From NCBI GenBank assembly GCA_963666905.2, contig OY763008.1, positions 3,924,071-3,988,070 on the forward strand: a stretch of DNA of 64,000 nucleotides. The letters are read 5' to 3'. The translations under genes were made by a program, and so were the position numbers. Source of the stretch: Alphaproteobacteria bacterium. GTDB taxonomy: Bacteria; Pseudomonadota; Alphaproteobacteria; SP197. The notes beneath the pieces were generated by a model. It searched no databases and was not told the DNA's origin. It saw only the letters and a list, made by a program, of their open reading frames with translations. Positions 1 through 8,605 of the stretch are shown in pieces (positions within the stretch are counted from its first letter, which is position 1; every line of letters begins with the position of its first letter).

Positions 1-37
1 GGGAGTATCGTTGGGCCAGGCCTGCAGGGACGCCGGG

Positions 38-871
38 ATGACCATCGGTACGATCGTCACGCGCTTCGCGCCCAGTCCCACCGGGTACCTCCACATCGGT
101 CACGCGCTGTCGGCCCTCGCGGGCTGGCGCCCGGCCCGCGGACAAGCGGGCCGCTTCCTGCTGCGCATCGAGGATATCGACCGCACGCGCTGCCGGGAGG
201 CGTTCGACGCCGCGATCCTCGAGGACCTCGCGTGGCTGGGGATCGACTGGGACGGCGAGGTGCGCCGCCAGTCCCGGCATCTCGCCGACTACGCCTCGGT
301 CCTCGCAGGCCTTCGGGCGCGCCGGCTGGTCTATCCCTGTTTCTGCAGCCGCAGCCGGATCGTCCGCGAATCCGAGGCGCCGCACGGGCCGCTGGGACCG
401 GTCTATCCGGGCACGTGCCGGAACCTCGCCGGCGACGAGCGCGAGGCGCGGATCGCGGCCGGCGAGAACCACGCCTGGCGTCTCGATGTCGGGGCGGCCG
501 CGCGGCAGGCCGGGCCGCTGACTTGGCGCCAGCGCGACGGCACGGTGCACCGGGTCGATCCCTTCATCGGCGGCGATGTCGTCCTCGGCCGCAGGGAGAC
601 ACCCGTGAGCTACCACCTTGCCGTCACCCACGACGATCATGCGCAGGGCGTGACCGTCGTCACGCGGGGCCGCGACCTCGAGCCGTCGACCCACGTCCAC
701 CGGCTGATCCAGGCGCTCATGGGGTGGAACGAACCGGTCTACGACCACCACCGCCTCCTCCTGCGCGGCGACGGCAGACGCTACGCCAAGCGCGACAGCG
801 CGGCGACGATCCGTTCCCTGCGCGAGGAGGGTCACACGCCGGAGGCGGTGCTCGCCATGGCCTCCTCCTGA
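38..871 (+). CDS. gluQ: glutamyl-Q tRNA(Asp) synthetase (truncated GluRS paralogue)
   Basis: Has the class I aaRS HIGH motif (FAPSPTGYLHIGHA). At about 278 aa it is catalytic-domain size with no anticodon-binding domain. The ATG at 38 is preferred over the TTG at 11. Confidence 0.8.
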   Translation: MTIGTIVTRFAPSPTGYLHIGHALSALAGWRPARGQAGRFLLRIEDIDRTRCREAFDAAILEDLAWLGIDWDGEVRRQSRHLADYASVLAGLRARRLVYPCFCSRSRIVRESEAPHGPLGPVYPGTCRNLAGDEREARIAAGENHAWRLDVGAAARQAGPLTWRQRDGTVHRVDPFIGGDVVLGRRETPVSYHLAVTHDDHAQGVTVVTRGRDLEPSTHVHRLIQALMGWNEPVYDHHRLLLRGDGRRYAKRDSAATIRSLREEGHTPEAVLAMASS

Positions 872-874
872 CGG

Positions 875-1555
875 TCAGCCGAAGAGGTCGCCGGCGTCCT
901 GCGGTGTCAGGCATTCCGGGCCGTCGTTGCCGACACTGTTGACGAAGCGGGCGACGGGATCCGCCACGAGGGCGCCGTCGGGAAGGGGCGCCAGGAGACC
1001 GGCAAGGCCCGGGACCTCTCCGGCGGGCGTGGCGAGCCACCGGCCGATGGCGTCGTCCTCGAGGATCACCGGAACACGGTGATGGATATGCCGAAGGCTC
1101 CCGGGCGCTTCGGTCGTGACGATGGTGAAGGTGGCCGGGGCATCCTCGCCGGCGCCCTCCCAGAGACCCGCGAAGACGAAGGGCCGGCGGCAGGGCCGGT
1201 GAATGTGGAAGGGCTGGCTGTCGAGGTGTTTACCGCGGCTCTGCCACTCGTAGAAGCCGTCCGCCGGCACGACGCAGCGCCGCCGCAGCCAGGCCTCGCG
1301 GAAGGCGGGCTTCGAGGCGACGGTCTCGGCGCGCGCGTTGATCATCCGCGAGCCGATGGCGGGATCGCGGGACCACGGGGGAACGAGCCCCCATCGCCGG
1401 CTCTCGAGGATCCGGCGCCCTTCGGCCATGCGCACCACCGGTGCGTCCTGCATCGGCGCCACGTTGTATCGGGGCACCACGAAGGGCAGGAGATCCGTGC
1501 CCAGCTGATCGTGGATGGCGCCGTCGGGATTGATCAGGGAGTATCGTCCGCACAT
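875..1555 (-). CDS. SOS response-associated peptidase (SRAP/YedK family)
   Basis: The internal start gives the N-terminus MCGRYSL, where Cys2 is the SRAP catalytic residue. Conserved RYNVAP, WGLVPPW and GFYEW motifs are present. The ORF-track start at 1648 would bury the catalytic Cys. Confidence 0.8.
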   Translation of the reverse strand: MCGRYSLINPDGAIHDQLGTDLLPFVVPRYNVAPMQDAPVVRMAEGRRILESRRWGLVPPWSRDPAIGSRMINARAETVASKPAFREAWLRRRCVVPADGFYEWQSRGKHLDSQPFHIHRPCRRPFVFAGLWEGAGEDAPATFTIVTTEAPGSLRHIHHRVPVILEDDAIGRWLATPAGEVPGLAGLLAPLPDGALVADPVARFVNSVGNDGPECLTPQDAGDLFG

Positions 1556-1586
1556 GTCGGCAGTGTAGCCGGAAAGGTGGTCCCCG

Positions 1587-2525
1587 ATGTCCTCGATCTT
1601 CGATTCCCGGATCTTCCGCCCCACGGGCGGCTTCATGGATGCTCCCAACGCTTACGAGCTTGCCGGCTGCCGTCTTGCCGTCGTCGGCATGCCGTTCGAC
1701 TGCGGCATCCACCCATCGCGCATCGGCGCCCGCCAGGGTCCGGCGTCGATCCGCGAGCACTCCGGCCTGGTGCGGCCCTATCATCCTCCCTTCGCCGACA
1801 GCAATCCGCTCGAGGAGCTCTCGGTCGTCGACTGCGGCGATGCCGCCTGCTTGCCCGGCCGGCCCGAGCCGTCCTTCGAGATCATCGAGGAAGCGGTCTG
1901 GCTAATCGCCCGCGAGGGTGTCGCGACCCTCACCATGGGAGGCGACGGCCTCGTCACGCTGCCCCAGCTGCGCGCCTGGCGCCGGGTCCACGACGATCTG
2001 TGCGTCCTCCATGTCGATGCCCACACCGATGCCTACCCGGTCACGGGCCAGGACCGCATCACGCCGGCCACGACCTTCACGGTGGCCGCCGAGGAGGGCC
2101 TCGTCGACACCGCCAACACGTTCCACGTGGGCGCGCGCGGACCGGTCTTCATGGGCGGCGTCTTCGAGCACACGCGCGGCATCGGCTACGAGCTCATCCC
2201 CGACGCCGACCTGCGGCGCGCGGGCCTGGAGGCGACGGCGGCGCTCCTGCGGGAGCGTCTCGCCGGCCGCAAGGTCTACCTGTGCTGGGACATGGACGTC
2301 TTCGATCCCTCCTGCGCGCCCGGGGTCTGCACTCCGACCTGGGAGGGCCTCAGCGCCGCCGAAGGACTCGGGTTCATCCGTTCGCTGGCCGGTCTCGACA
2401 TCGTCGCCGTGGATGTCAATACCGTCTCCCCGCCCCACGACGTCGGCGGCATGACCGCCTATCTCGCAGGCTGCGTCATGCTCGAGGGCATGCGCCTCGT
2501 CGCGCGCGCCGCTTCCCTCGGGTAG
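1587..2525 (+). CDS. arginase/agmatinase-family ureohydrolase
   Basis: Carries the HVDAHTDAY and WDMDVFDPSCAPG metal-binding motifs. The usual GGDH motif reads GGDG. The start is uncertain; an alternative ATG is at 1635. Confidence 0.75.
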   Translation: MSSIFDSRIFRPTGGFMDAPNAYELAGCRLAVVGMPFDCGIHPSRIGARQGPASIREHSGLVRPYHPPFADSNPLEELSVVDCGDAACLPGRPEPSFEIIEEAVWLIAREGVATLTMGGDGLVTLPQLRAWRRVHDDLCVLHVDAHTDAYPVTGQDRITPATTFTVAAEEGLVDTANTFHVGARGPVFMGGVFEHTRGIGYELIPDADLRRAGLEATAALLRERLAGRKVYLCWDMDVFDPSCAPGVCTPTWEGLSAAEGLGFIRSLAGLDIVAVDVNTVSPPHDVGGMTAYLAGCVMLEGMRLVARAASLG

Positions 2526-2561
2526 GCCGCCGGGGACCGTCTTGCGGAGCCGGCCGGGCCG

Positions 2562-4535
2562 TCAGGGCCGGGCGGCCTCCACGGCGAGGTCGGCGATGTC
2601 GCGGATGATGGCGGTGATCTCGTAGTCGCGGGGGGAGTAGGTCCGGGCGACGCCCGCCTCCGCGAGGAGCGGGATGTCGGCGGGCGGGATGATGCCGCCG
2701 ACGACGATGGGCACGTCCCCGCAGCCCTCCTCGTCCATGAGGCGGCGGATCTCGGCGACGAGGCGGACATGGGCGCCCGAGAGGATGGAGAGGCCGACCA
2801 CGTGGACGCTTTCCTCCACGGCGGAAGCGGCGACCTGCTCGGGCGACAGGCGGATCCCCTGGTAGACGACCTCGACACCGCAGTCCCGAGCCCGCAGGGC
2901 GATCTGTTCGGCGCCGTTGGAGTGGCCGTCGAGTCCGGGCTTGCCGACGAGGAGCTTGAGCCTGCGGCCAAGGTCGCGGGAGGCGGCCTCGACGTGGCGG
3001 CGGGCATCGGCGAGCGCCTCTGCCGGGACCGCGGAGGCCGCCGCAAGGCCCGTGGCCGCGCGGTACTCGCCAAAGATCCCGCGCAGGGTCCGGCCCCACT
3101 CGCCGGTGGTCACGCCCGCCATCGCGCAGGCGATGGAGGGCTCCATGATGTTGCGTCCCTCGCGGGCCGCGGCCTCGAGGCCGTCGAGGGCCTTCGCGCA
3201 CTGCCGGCCGTCGCGGGCCTCGCGCCACGCGCGGAGGGCCGCGATCTGCTCGTCCTCGGCGCCTCCGCCGACGGTCATGAAGCCGCCGTCGGCGCCCCCG
3301 GTGAGCGGCGAGACCTCGGTGTCGGCGTGGACGTTGACCCCGACGACGGGTGTCGCGCCGGTTTCGATGGCGGCGATGCGGGCGCTGTTCGATTCCACGA
3401 GACGCTGCTTCATGTAGCCCGATTCGACAGCGGCCAGCGCGCCGCCCGAACGCTCGATGACGTCGAGCTCGGCCCGTGCGGCGTCCTTGAGCTCCGCGAC
3501 CTTCGCCGCGATCTCCGGATTGCCGTCGAAGATGTCGCCGAACTCCAGCAGATCGGTCTCCATGGCGACGATCTGCTGGAGGCGCAGGCTCCACTGCTGG
3601 TCCCACGGCCGCGGCAGGCCGAGCGCCTCGTTCCACGCCGGAAGCTGCACGGCCCGCGCCCTGGCGTTCCTCGACAGGGTCACCGCGAGCATCTCGAGGA
3701 GAATGCGGTAGACGTTGTTCTCCGGCTGCTGCTCGGTGAGTCCCAGGGAGTTGACCTGCACGCCGTAGCGGAAGCGGCGCAGCTTCGGATCGTCGATACG
3801 ATAGCGCTCGCGGGTGATCTCGTCCCACAGTTCGGTGAAGGCCCGCATCTTGCACATCTCGGTGAGGAAGCGGATGCCGGCGTTGACGAAGAAGCTGACG
3901 CGCCCGACCACGCGGGCGAAGGCCTCGGCCGGAACCTCGCCCGAGTCCCGGATGCGGTCGAGAATGGCGATGGCGTTGGCCAGGGAGAAGGCGATCTCCT
4001 GGACCGGCGTCGCGCCGGCCTCCTGGAGATGATAGGGGCAGACGTTGACCGGATTCCAGGCGGGTGTCTCGGCCACCGAGAAGAGGATCGCGTCCGTCGT
4101 CAGCCGTAGCGACGCCTCCGGCGGGAAGATGTAGGTGCCGCGCGAGAGGTACTCCTTCACGATGTCGTTCTGGATGGTCCCGGAGAGCTTCCGGCGGTCG
4201 GTGCCGCGCCTGTCGGCAAGAGCGATGTAGAGGGCGAAGAGCCATGCCGCCGTGGCATTGATCGTCATGGAGGTATTCATGCGCTCGATGGGGATGCCGT
4301 CGAACAGGACCTCCATGTCGCCGAGATGGGACACCGGGACGCCGACGCGGCCGACCTCGCCGCGGGCGATCGGCTCGTCGGCGTCGTGACCGGTCTGGGT
4401 CGGCAGGTCGAAGGCGACGGAAAGGCCGGTCTGTCCGCGTTCGAGGTTGGTGCGGTAGAGCGCGTTGGACGCCTGCGCGGTGCTGTGGCCGGAGTAGGTC
4501 CTCATCAGCCACGGACGGTCGGGTGTCCGGGTCAT
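2562..4535 (-). CDS. ecm: ethylmalonyl-CoA mutase (fused B12-dependent acyl-CoA mutase, MeaA type)
   Basis: A single polypeptide of about 657 aa with a mutase barrel (DRPWLMRTYSGHST) and a C-terminal B12-binding DxHxxG motif (GLDGHSNGA). It is divergent from ccr. The start is placed at MTRTPDRPW by analogy with MeaA N-termini. Confidence 0.75.
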   Translation of the reverse strand: MTRTPDRPWLMRTYSGHSTAQASNALYRTNLERGQTGLSVAFDLPTQTGHDADEPIARGEVGRVGVPVSHLGDMEVLFDGIPIERMNTSMTINATAAWLFALYIALADRRGTDRRKLSGTIQNDIVKEYLSRGTYIFPPEASLRLTTDAILFSVAETPAWNPVNVCPYHLQEAGATPVQEIAFSLANAIAILDRIRDSGEVPAEAFARVVGRVSFFVNAGIRFLTEMCKMRAFTELWDEITRERYRIDDPKLRRFRYGVQVNSLGLTEQQPENNVYRILLEMLAVTLSRNARARAVQLPAWNEALGLPRPWDQQWSLRLQQIVAMETDLLEFGDIFDGNPEIAAKVAELKDAARAELDVIERSGGALAAVESGYMKQRLVESNSARIAAIETGATPVVGVNVHADTEVSPLTGGADGGFMTVGGGAEDEQIAALRAWREARDGRQCAKALDGLEAAAREGRNIMEPSIACAMAGVTTGEWGRTLRGIFGEYRAATGLAAASAVPAEALADARRHVEAASRDLGRRLKLLVGKPGLDGHSNGAEQIALRARDCGVEVVYQGIRLSPEQVAASAVEESVHVVGLSILSGAHVRLVAEIRRLMDEEGCGDVPIVVGGIIPPADIPLLAEAGVARTYSPRDYEITAIIRDIADLAVEAARP

Positions 4536-4590
4536 GCCGCTTGCCATGAGGTTCATCCACGCATCGGTGACTTGCGCCATCATGCTGCGA

Positions 4591-4606
4591 TGCAATAGGA
4601 GTTGCA
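4591..4606. promoter_or_regulatory. inverted repeat TGCAA-N6-TTGCA in the ecm/ccr divergent intergenic region
   Basis: The sequence tgcaataggagttgca shares its half-site with the palindrome at 4660-4674. Confidence 0.3.
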
Positions 4607-4659
4607 AACGGGCTGTGACGGCCAAACAATGGGATTGTGACACCGGATTCGGTCACGGG

Positions 4660-4674
4660 TGTTGCAATGCAACA
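4660..4674. promoter_or_regulatory. perfect 15-bp palindrome TGTTGCAATGCAACA, candidate operator
   Basis: Read directly. It lies about 35 bp upstream of the preferred ccr start, between the divergent ecm and ccr genes. Confidence 0.35.
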
Positions 4675-4709
4675 TGGATTCGCTGGGCACGGGGAGCTGG
4701 GTGATGGTC

Positions 4710-5987
4710 ATGACTGCCGAAGCGGCGCCGGCTGACTACGAGGCGCCGGTCAAGGATCTCTACGAGCTCGGAGAGATCCCCCCGATGGGCCACGTCCCGG
4801 CCAACATGTACGCCTGGTCGATCCGCCGGGAACGCCACGGAGAACCCGACACGGCGATGCAGGTCGAGATCCTGCCGGTGCACGCCATCGACAGCAACGA
4901 GGTCCTCGTCCTCGTCATGGCGGCGGGCGTCAACTACAACGGCGTGTGGGCGTCGCTCGGCGTCCCCATCAGTCCGTTCGATGTCCACAAGGGCGACTTC
5001 CACATCGCCGGTTCCGATGCCTCGGGCATCGTCTGGGCCGTCGGCTCCAGGGTGAAGCGCTGGAAGGTCGGCGACGAGGTCGTCATCCATTGCAACCAGG
5101 ACGACGGCGACGACGAGGAATGCAACGGCGGCGATCCGATGTATTCCACCAGCCAGCGCATCTGGGGATACGAGACCGGCGACGGCAGCTTCGCCCAGTT
5201 CACCAGGGTCCAGGCCCAGCAGCTGATGCCGCGCCCGAGGCATCTCACATGGGAGGAGTCGGCGTGCTACACGCTGACGCTGGCGACCGCCTACCGCATG
5301 CTCTTCGGCCACAGGCCGCATATCCTCAGGCCTGGGCACAACGTACTGGTCTGGGGCGCCTCGGGCGGTCTGGGCTCGATGGCCATCCAGCTCATCGCCA
5401 CCGCCGGCGCCAATGCCATCGGCGTCATCAGCGACGACGACAAGACGGACTTCGTCATGTCGCTGGGCGCCAGGGGCGTCATCAACCGCAGGAACTTCGA
5501 TTGCTGGGGACGCCTGCCGGATGTCTCGGACACCGCGGGCTACGGAGCCTACATGAAGAAGTGCCGGGAGTTCGGCAAGGCCATCTGGTCGTTCACGGGC
5601 AAGGGCAACGACGTCGATTTCGTCTTCGAGCACCCCGGCGAGGCGACCTTCCCGGTCTCGTGCTTCGTCGTCAAGCGCGGCGGCATGGTGGTCTTCTGCG
5701 CCGGCACCACGGGCTACAACATCACCTTCGACGCGCGCTTCGTGTGGATGCGCCAGAAACGCATCCAGGGAAGCCATTTCGCCAACCTCATGCAGGCGGC
5801 GCAGGCCAACAAGCTGATGCTCGAGCGCCGTCTCGACCCGTGCATGTCCGAGGTGTTCTCGTGGCACGACATCCCCCGCGCCCACATGAAGATGCGCGCC
5901 AACCGGCACAAGCCCGGCAACATGGCCGTTCTCGTGCAGTCCCCGCAGCCGGGCCTGCGTACCCTTGCGGACGTCGTCGAAGGCTGA
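4710..5987 (+). CDS. ccr: crotonyl-CoA carboxylase/reductase
   Basis: N-terminal KDLYELGEIPPMGHVPANMYAWSIRRERHGEPD and VLVLVMAAGVNYNGVWA are characteristic of Ccr. It belongs to the MDR superfamily at about 425 aa. Confidence 0.85.
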   Translation: MTAEAAPADYEAPVKDLYELGEIPPMGHVPANMYAWSIRRERHGEPDTAMQVEILPVHAIDSNEVLVLVMAAGVNYNGVWASLGVPISPFDVHKGDFHIAGSDASGIVWAVGSRVKRWKVGDEVVIHCNQDDGDDEECNGGDPMYSTSQRIWGYETGDGSFAQFTRVQAQQLMPRPRHLTWEESACYTLTLATAYRMLFGHRPHILRPGHNVLVWGASGGLGSMAIQLIATAGANAIGVISDDDKTDFVMSLGARGVINRRNFDCWGRLPDVSDTAGYGAYMKKCREFGKAIWSFTGKGNDVDFVFEHPGEATFPVSCFVVKRGGMVVFCAGTTGYNITFDARFVWMRQKRIQGSHFANLMQAAQANKLMLERRLDPCMSEVFSWHDIPRAHMKMRANRHKPGNMAVLVQSPQPGLRTLADVVEG

Positions 5988-5991
5988 AACG

Positions 5992-7623
5992 GTGAGCGGC
6001 AGCCTGCTGGCGCGCTGCCGCGGCGCCCTCGACGCCGCCGACCGGCTTCTCGGCGCGGCGCGCCGGGGTGTGAGGGAGCGCGTCGGCGCCGCCGATGCCG
6101 GGGCGCTCGACGCCTGCCAGCATGCCGTCCACGGGCTGGCCTGGGTGGCGACCTACGTCGAGGCGCTGCGCCAGATGCTGCGCTGGGCGGACGACCTCGA
6201 CTCCCGGGGCCGGCTCGGCGAGACCGAACGCCTGATCCTCGGGTGCGCCTTCTCGGAGTACCTGGCCCAGCTGACCGGCGGCATCGCCATGAGCCAGGGC
6301 GAGATCGTGCGCCTGCGCGACCTCGACGTCGGCGGCGACGACCATCACGCCTTCTGGACCGAGGACGTCGCCTCGCTGATCGACGAGGGAGCCGGCCGGC
6401 AGAACCTCGGCAGGCTTGCCGGGCGCCTCGGCGAGGGCGACTTCGGAGACGCCGGCCTCGAGAGCGACCTCGTCATGGTGAGGGACCAGTTCCGGCGCTA
6501 CGCCGACGAGAGGATCAGGCCGCAGGCGCACGCCTGGCACCTCGAGGATGCGTTCATTCCCCTCGAGATCCTCCACGAGCTTGCCGAGCTCGGCGTCTTC
6601 GGGCTTTCCGTGCCGGAAGAGCACGGCGGACTGGGCCTGTCGAAGGTCGCCATGTGCGTCGTGACCGAAGAGCTGTCGCGCGGCTACATCGGCGTGGGTT
6701 CGCTCGGCACCCGCACCGAAATCGCCGCCGAACTCATCATCAGCAGCGGCACGCCCGGGCAGCAGCGCCGCTGGCTGCCGGGAATCGTCTCGGGCGAGAC
6801 CATCCCGACGGCGGTCTTCACGGAACCCGGGACCGGTTCGGATCTCGGCAGCCTGAAGACGCGTGCGGTGCGCGACGGGGAGTCCTGGCGGATTACCGGC
6901 AACAAGACGTGGATCACCCATGCCGCGCGCGCCGATATCATGACGCTGCTGGCGCGCACCGACCCGGACGAGAAGGGGTATCGCGGGCTGAGCATGTTCA
7001 TCGCCGAAAAGCCCCGGGGCGACGATCGCGAGCCCTTCCCGGCGCCCGGCATGTCGGGCGGCGAGATCCCCGTTCTCGGCTATCGCGGGATGAAGGAGTA
7101 CGAGATCGCCTTCGACCGCTTCGAGGTGCCGGGCGGCGGTCTTCTCGGCGGCGAGGAGGGGCAGGGCTTCAAGCAGCTCATGGCGACCTTCGAATCGGCG
7201 CGCATCCAGACCGCGGCCCGCGCCACGGGCGTGGCCCAGGCGGCGCTCGAGGCGGGCCTGGGCTATGCCCTGGAGCGCCGGCAGTTCGGCCGGGCGATCG
7301 CCGCCTTCCCCCGCGTCGCCAACAAGCTCGCCTGGATGGCCGTCGAGACCATGGTGTCGCGGCAACTCGCCTGGTACGCGGCGCGGCGCAAGGAGTCCGG
7401 CAGCCGCTGCGATCTCGAGGCGGGAATGGCGAAGCTGCTCGCCGCCCGGGTGGCGTGGTCCAACGCCGACAACGCCCTCCAGGTCCACGGCGGAAACGGC
7501 TACGCCCTCGAGTTCGAGGTGAGCCGGCTGCTGTGCGACGCCCGCATCCTCAACATCTTCGAGGGTGCTGCGGAAATCCAGGCGCATGTCATCGCCCGGC
7601 GCCTGCTCGCCTCGGCCAACTGA
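5992..7623 (+). CDS. mcd: (2S)-methylsuccinyl-CoA dehydrogenase-like acyl-CoA dehydrogenase
   Basis: An acyl-CoA dehydrogenase core preceded by an N-terminal extension of about 170 aa, located directly after ccr. The GTG at 5992 has a GAAGG Shine-Dalgarno sequence 9 nt upstream. Confidence 0.7.
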   Translation: MSGSLLARCRGALDAADRLLGAARRGVRERVGAADAGALDACQHAVHGLAWVATYVEALRQMLRWADDLDSRGRLGETERLILGCAFSEYLAQLTGGIAMSQGEIVRLRDLDVGGDDHHAFWTEDVASLIDEGAGRQNLGRLAGRLGEGDFGDAGLESDLVMVRDQFRRYADERIRPQAHAWHLEDAFIPLEILHELAELGVFGLSVPEEHGGLGLSKVAMCVVTEELSRGYIGVGSLGTRTEIAAELIISSGTPGQQRRWLPGIVSGETIPTAVFTEPGTGSDLGSLKTRAVRDGESWRITGNKTWITHAARADIMTLLARTDPDEKGYRGLSMFIAEKPRGDDREPFPAPGMSGGEIPVLGYRGMKEYEIAFDRFEVPGGGLLGGEEGQGFKQLMATFESARIQTAARATGVAQAALEAGLGYALERRQFGRAIAAFPRVANKLAWMAVETMVSRQLAWYAARRKESGSRCDLEAGMAKLLAARVAWSNADNALQVHGGNGYALEFEVSRLLCDARILNIFEGAAEIQAHVIARRLLASAN

Positions 7624-7675
7624 GAAGTCCGCCCGCAATCGTGGTAGGGTGATCCATCAGGAGTAGGCAACCGAA

Positions 7676-7873
7676 ATGGGCTGGCTGCAGATCGCCATTC
7701 TCGTATTCGTCGTCCTGACGCTCGTGGTCCTCTTCATCGGGATCGGGGGTTTTGCCAGGGGCGGCGAGTTCAACCGCCGCCACGGCAACAAGATCATGCG
7801 CTTCCGGGTCGGCTTCCAGCTCGCCGCCCTCGTTCTCCTCGCCGTCATGTTCCTCGTCATGCAGGGGGGATAG
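7676..7873 (+). CDS. twin-transmembrane-helix small protein (HIG1 domain)
   Basis: 65 aa with two hydrophobic helices flanking GGEFNRRHGNKIMRFRV, a typical alphaproteobacterial HIG1-like pattern. Confidence 0.6.
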   Translation: MGWLQIAILVFVVLTLVVLFIGIGGFARGGEFNRRHGNKIMRFRVGFQLAALVLLAVMFLVMQGG

Positions 7874-7877
7874 CGCC

Positions 7878-8441
7878 ATGGTCAGGCTCGACAGGATCTA
7901 TACGCGCGGCGGCGACGGCGGGAAGACCTCGCTGGGCGACGGCAGCCGGGTGCCCAAGCACGCGCTGAGGGTCGAGGCCTACGGCACCGTCGACGAGGCC
8001 AACGCGGTCATCGGCATGGCAAGGCTCCACACCGGTGACGCCATGCTGGCGCGCATCCAGAACGACCTCTTCGATCTCGGGGCCGATCTGGCGACGCCGC
8101 ACGAGGGCCGCCGCGGCGCCGGCGCCCTGCGCGTGACGCGCGAGCAGGTCGAGCGCCTCGAGAGCGAGATCGACGCCATGAACGCGGCGCTGGAGCCGTT
8201 GACGTCCTTCGTCCTGCCGGGCGGCAGCGCGGTTTCCACGGCCCTGCACCACGCGCGCACGGTGGTCCGCCGGGCCGAGCGGCTGATCGCCGCGCTGGCC
8301 CTCGAGGAGACGGTCAACCCGGCGGCGCTGGAATACGCCAATCGTCTTTCCGACCACCTCTTCGTGATGGCGCGCCATCTCAACGACCACGGCCGCGCCG
8401 ACGTTCTCTGGAAGCCGGGAGCCACCCAGACCGGGGAATAG
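7878..8441 (+). CDS. ATP:cob(I)alamin adenosyltransferase, PduO type
   Basis: N-terminus IYTRGGDGGKTSL, followed by DEANAVIG and LPGG motifs. The start ATG at 7878 sits 4 nt after the previous stop. Confidence 0.8.
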   Translation: MVRLDRIYTRGGDGGKTSLGDGSRVPKHALRVEAYGTVDEANAVIGMARLHTGDAMLARIQNDLFDLGADLATPHEGRRGAGALRVTREQVERLESEIDAMNAALEPLTSFVLPGGSAVSTALHHARTVVRRAERLIAALALEETVNPAALEYANRLSDHLFVMARHLNDHGRADVLWKPGATQTGE

Positions 8442-8531
8442 GGTGCCGGGATACCGCGGTCATGGGGTCCTCCGGACTGCGTCCGCTCCTTGCAGAATTC
8501 CCGGGCGCGCCGGGCACCGTCGACAACGTCG

Positions 8532-8595
8532 CAATCGTACTTGATCTCGATTGTTGTACATGGTACTCATGGTTTCGAAGTACAATCGACGATTG
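8532..8595. promoter_or_regulatory. cluster of CAATCG/CGATTG hexamers upstream of the PIN-toxin pair
   Basis: caatcg at 8532 and 8583; cgattg at 8548 and 8590. Also TTGTAC...GTACAA at 8554 and 8580. All lie directly upstream of the ATG at 8606. Confidence 0.3.
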
Positions 8596-8605
8596 AGGAG
8601 GGAAC

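Noticed and set aside
2476-4656. Very long antisense or alternative-frame ORFs throughout the window. Examples: 2476-4656 (726 aa), 5788-7638, 9770-11860, 15846-19853 (upstream part), 20511-23111 (upstream part), 25121-27508, 28515-30815, 30295-33174, 33171-35339, 43424-46867.
   Set aside because: Their translations are dominated by Arg/Pro/Gly/Ala with no motifs. They overlap genes that have clear family signatures on the other strand or in another frame. This is the expected stop-codon-poor artefact of very GC-rich DNA.
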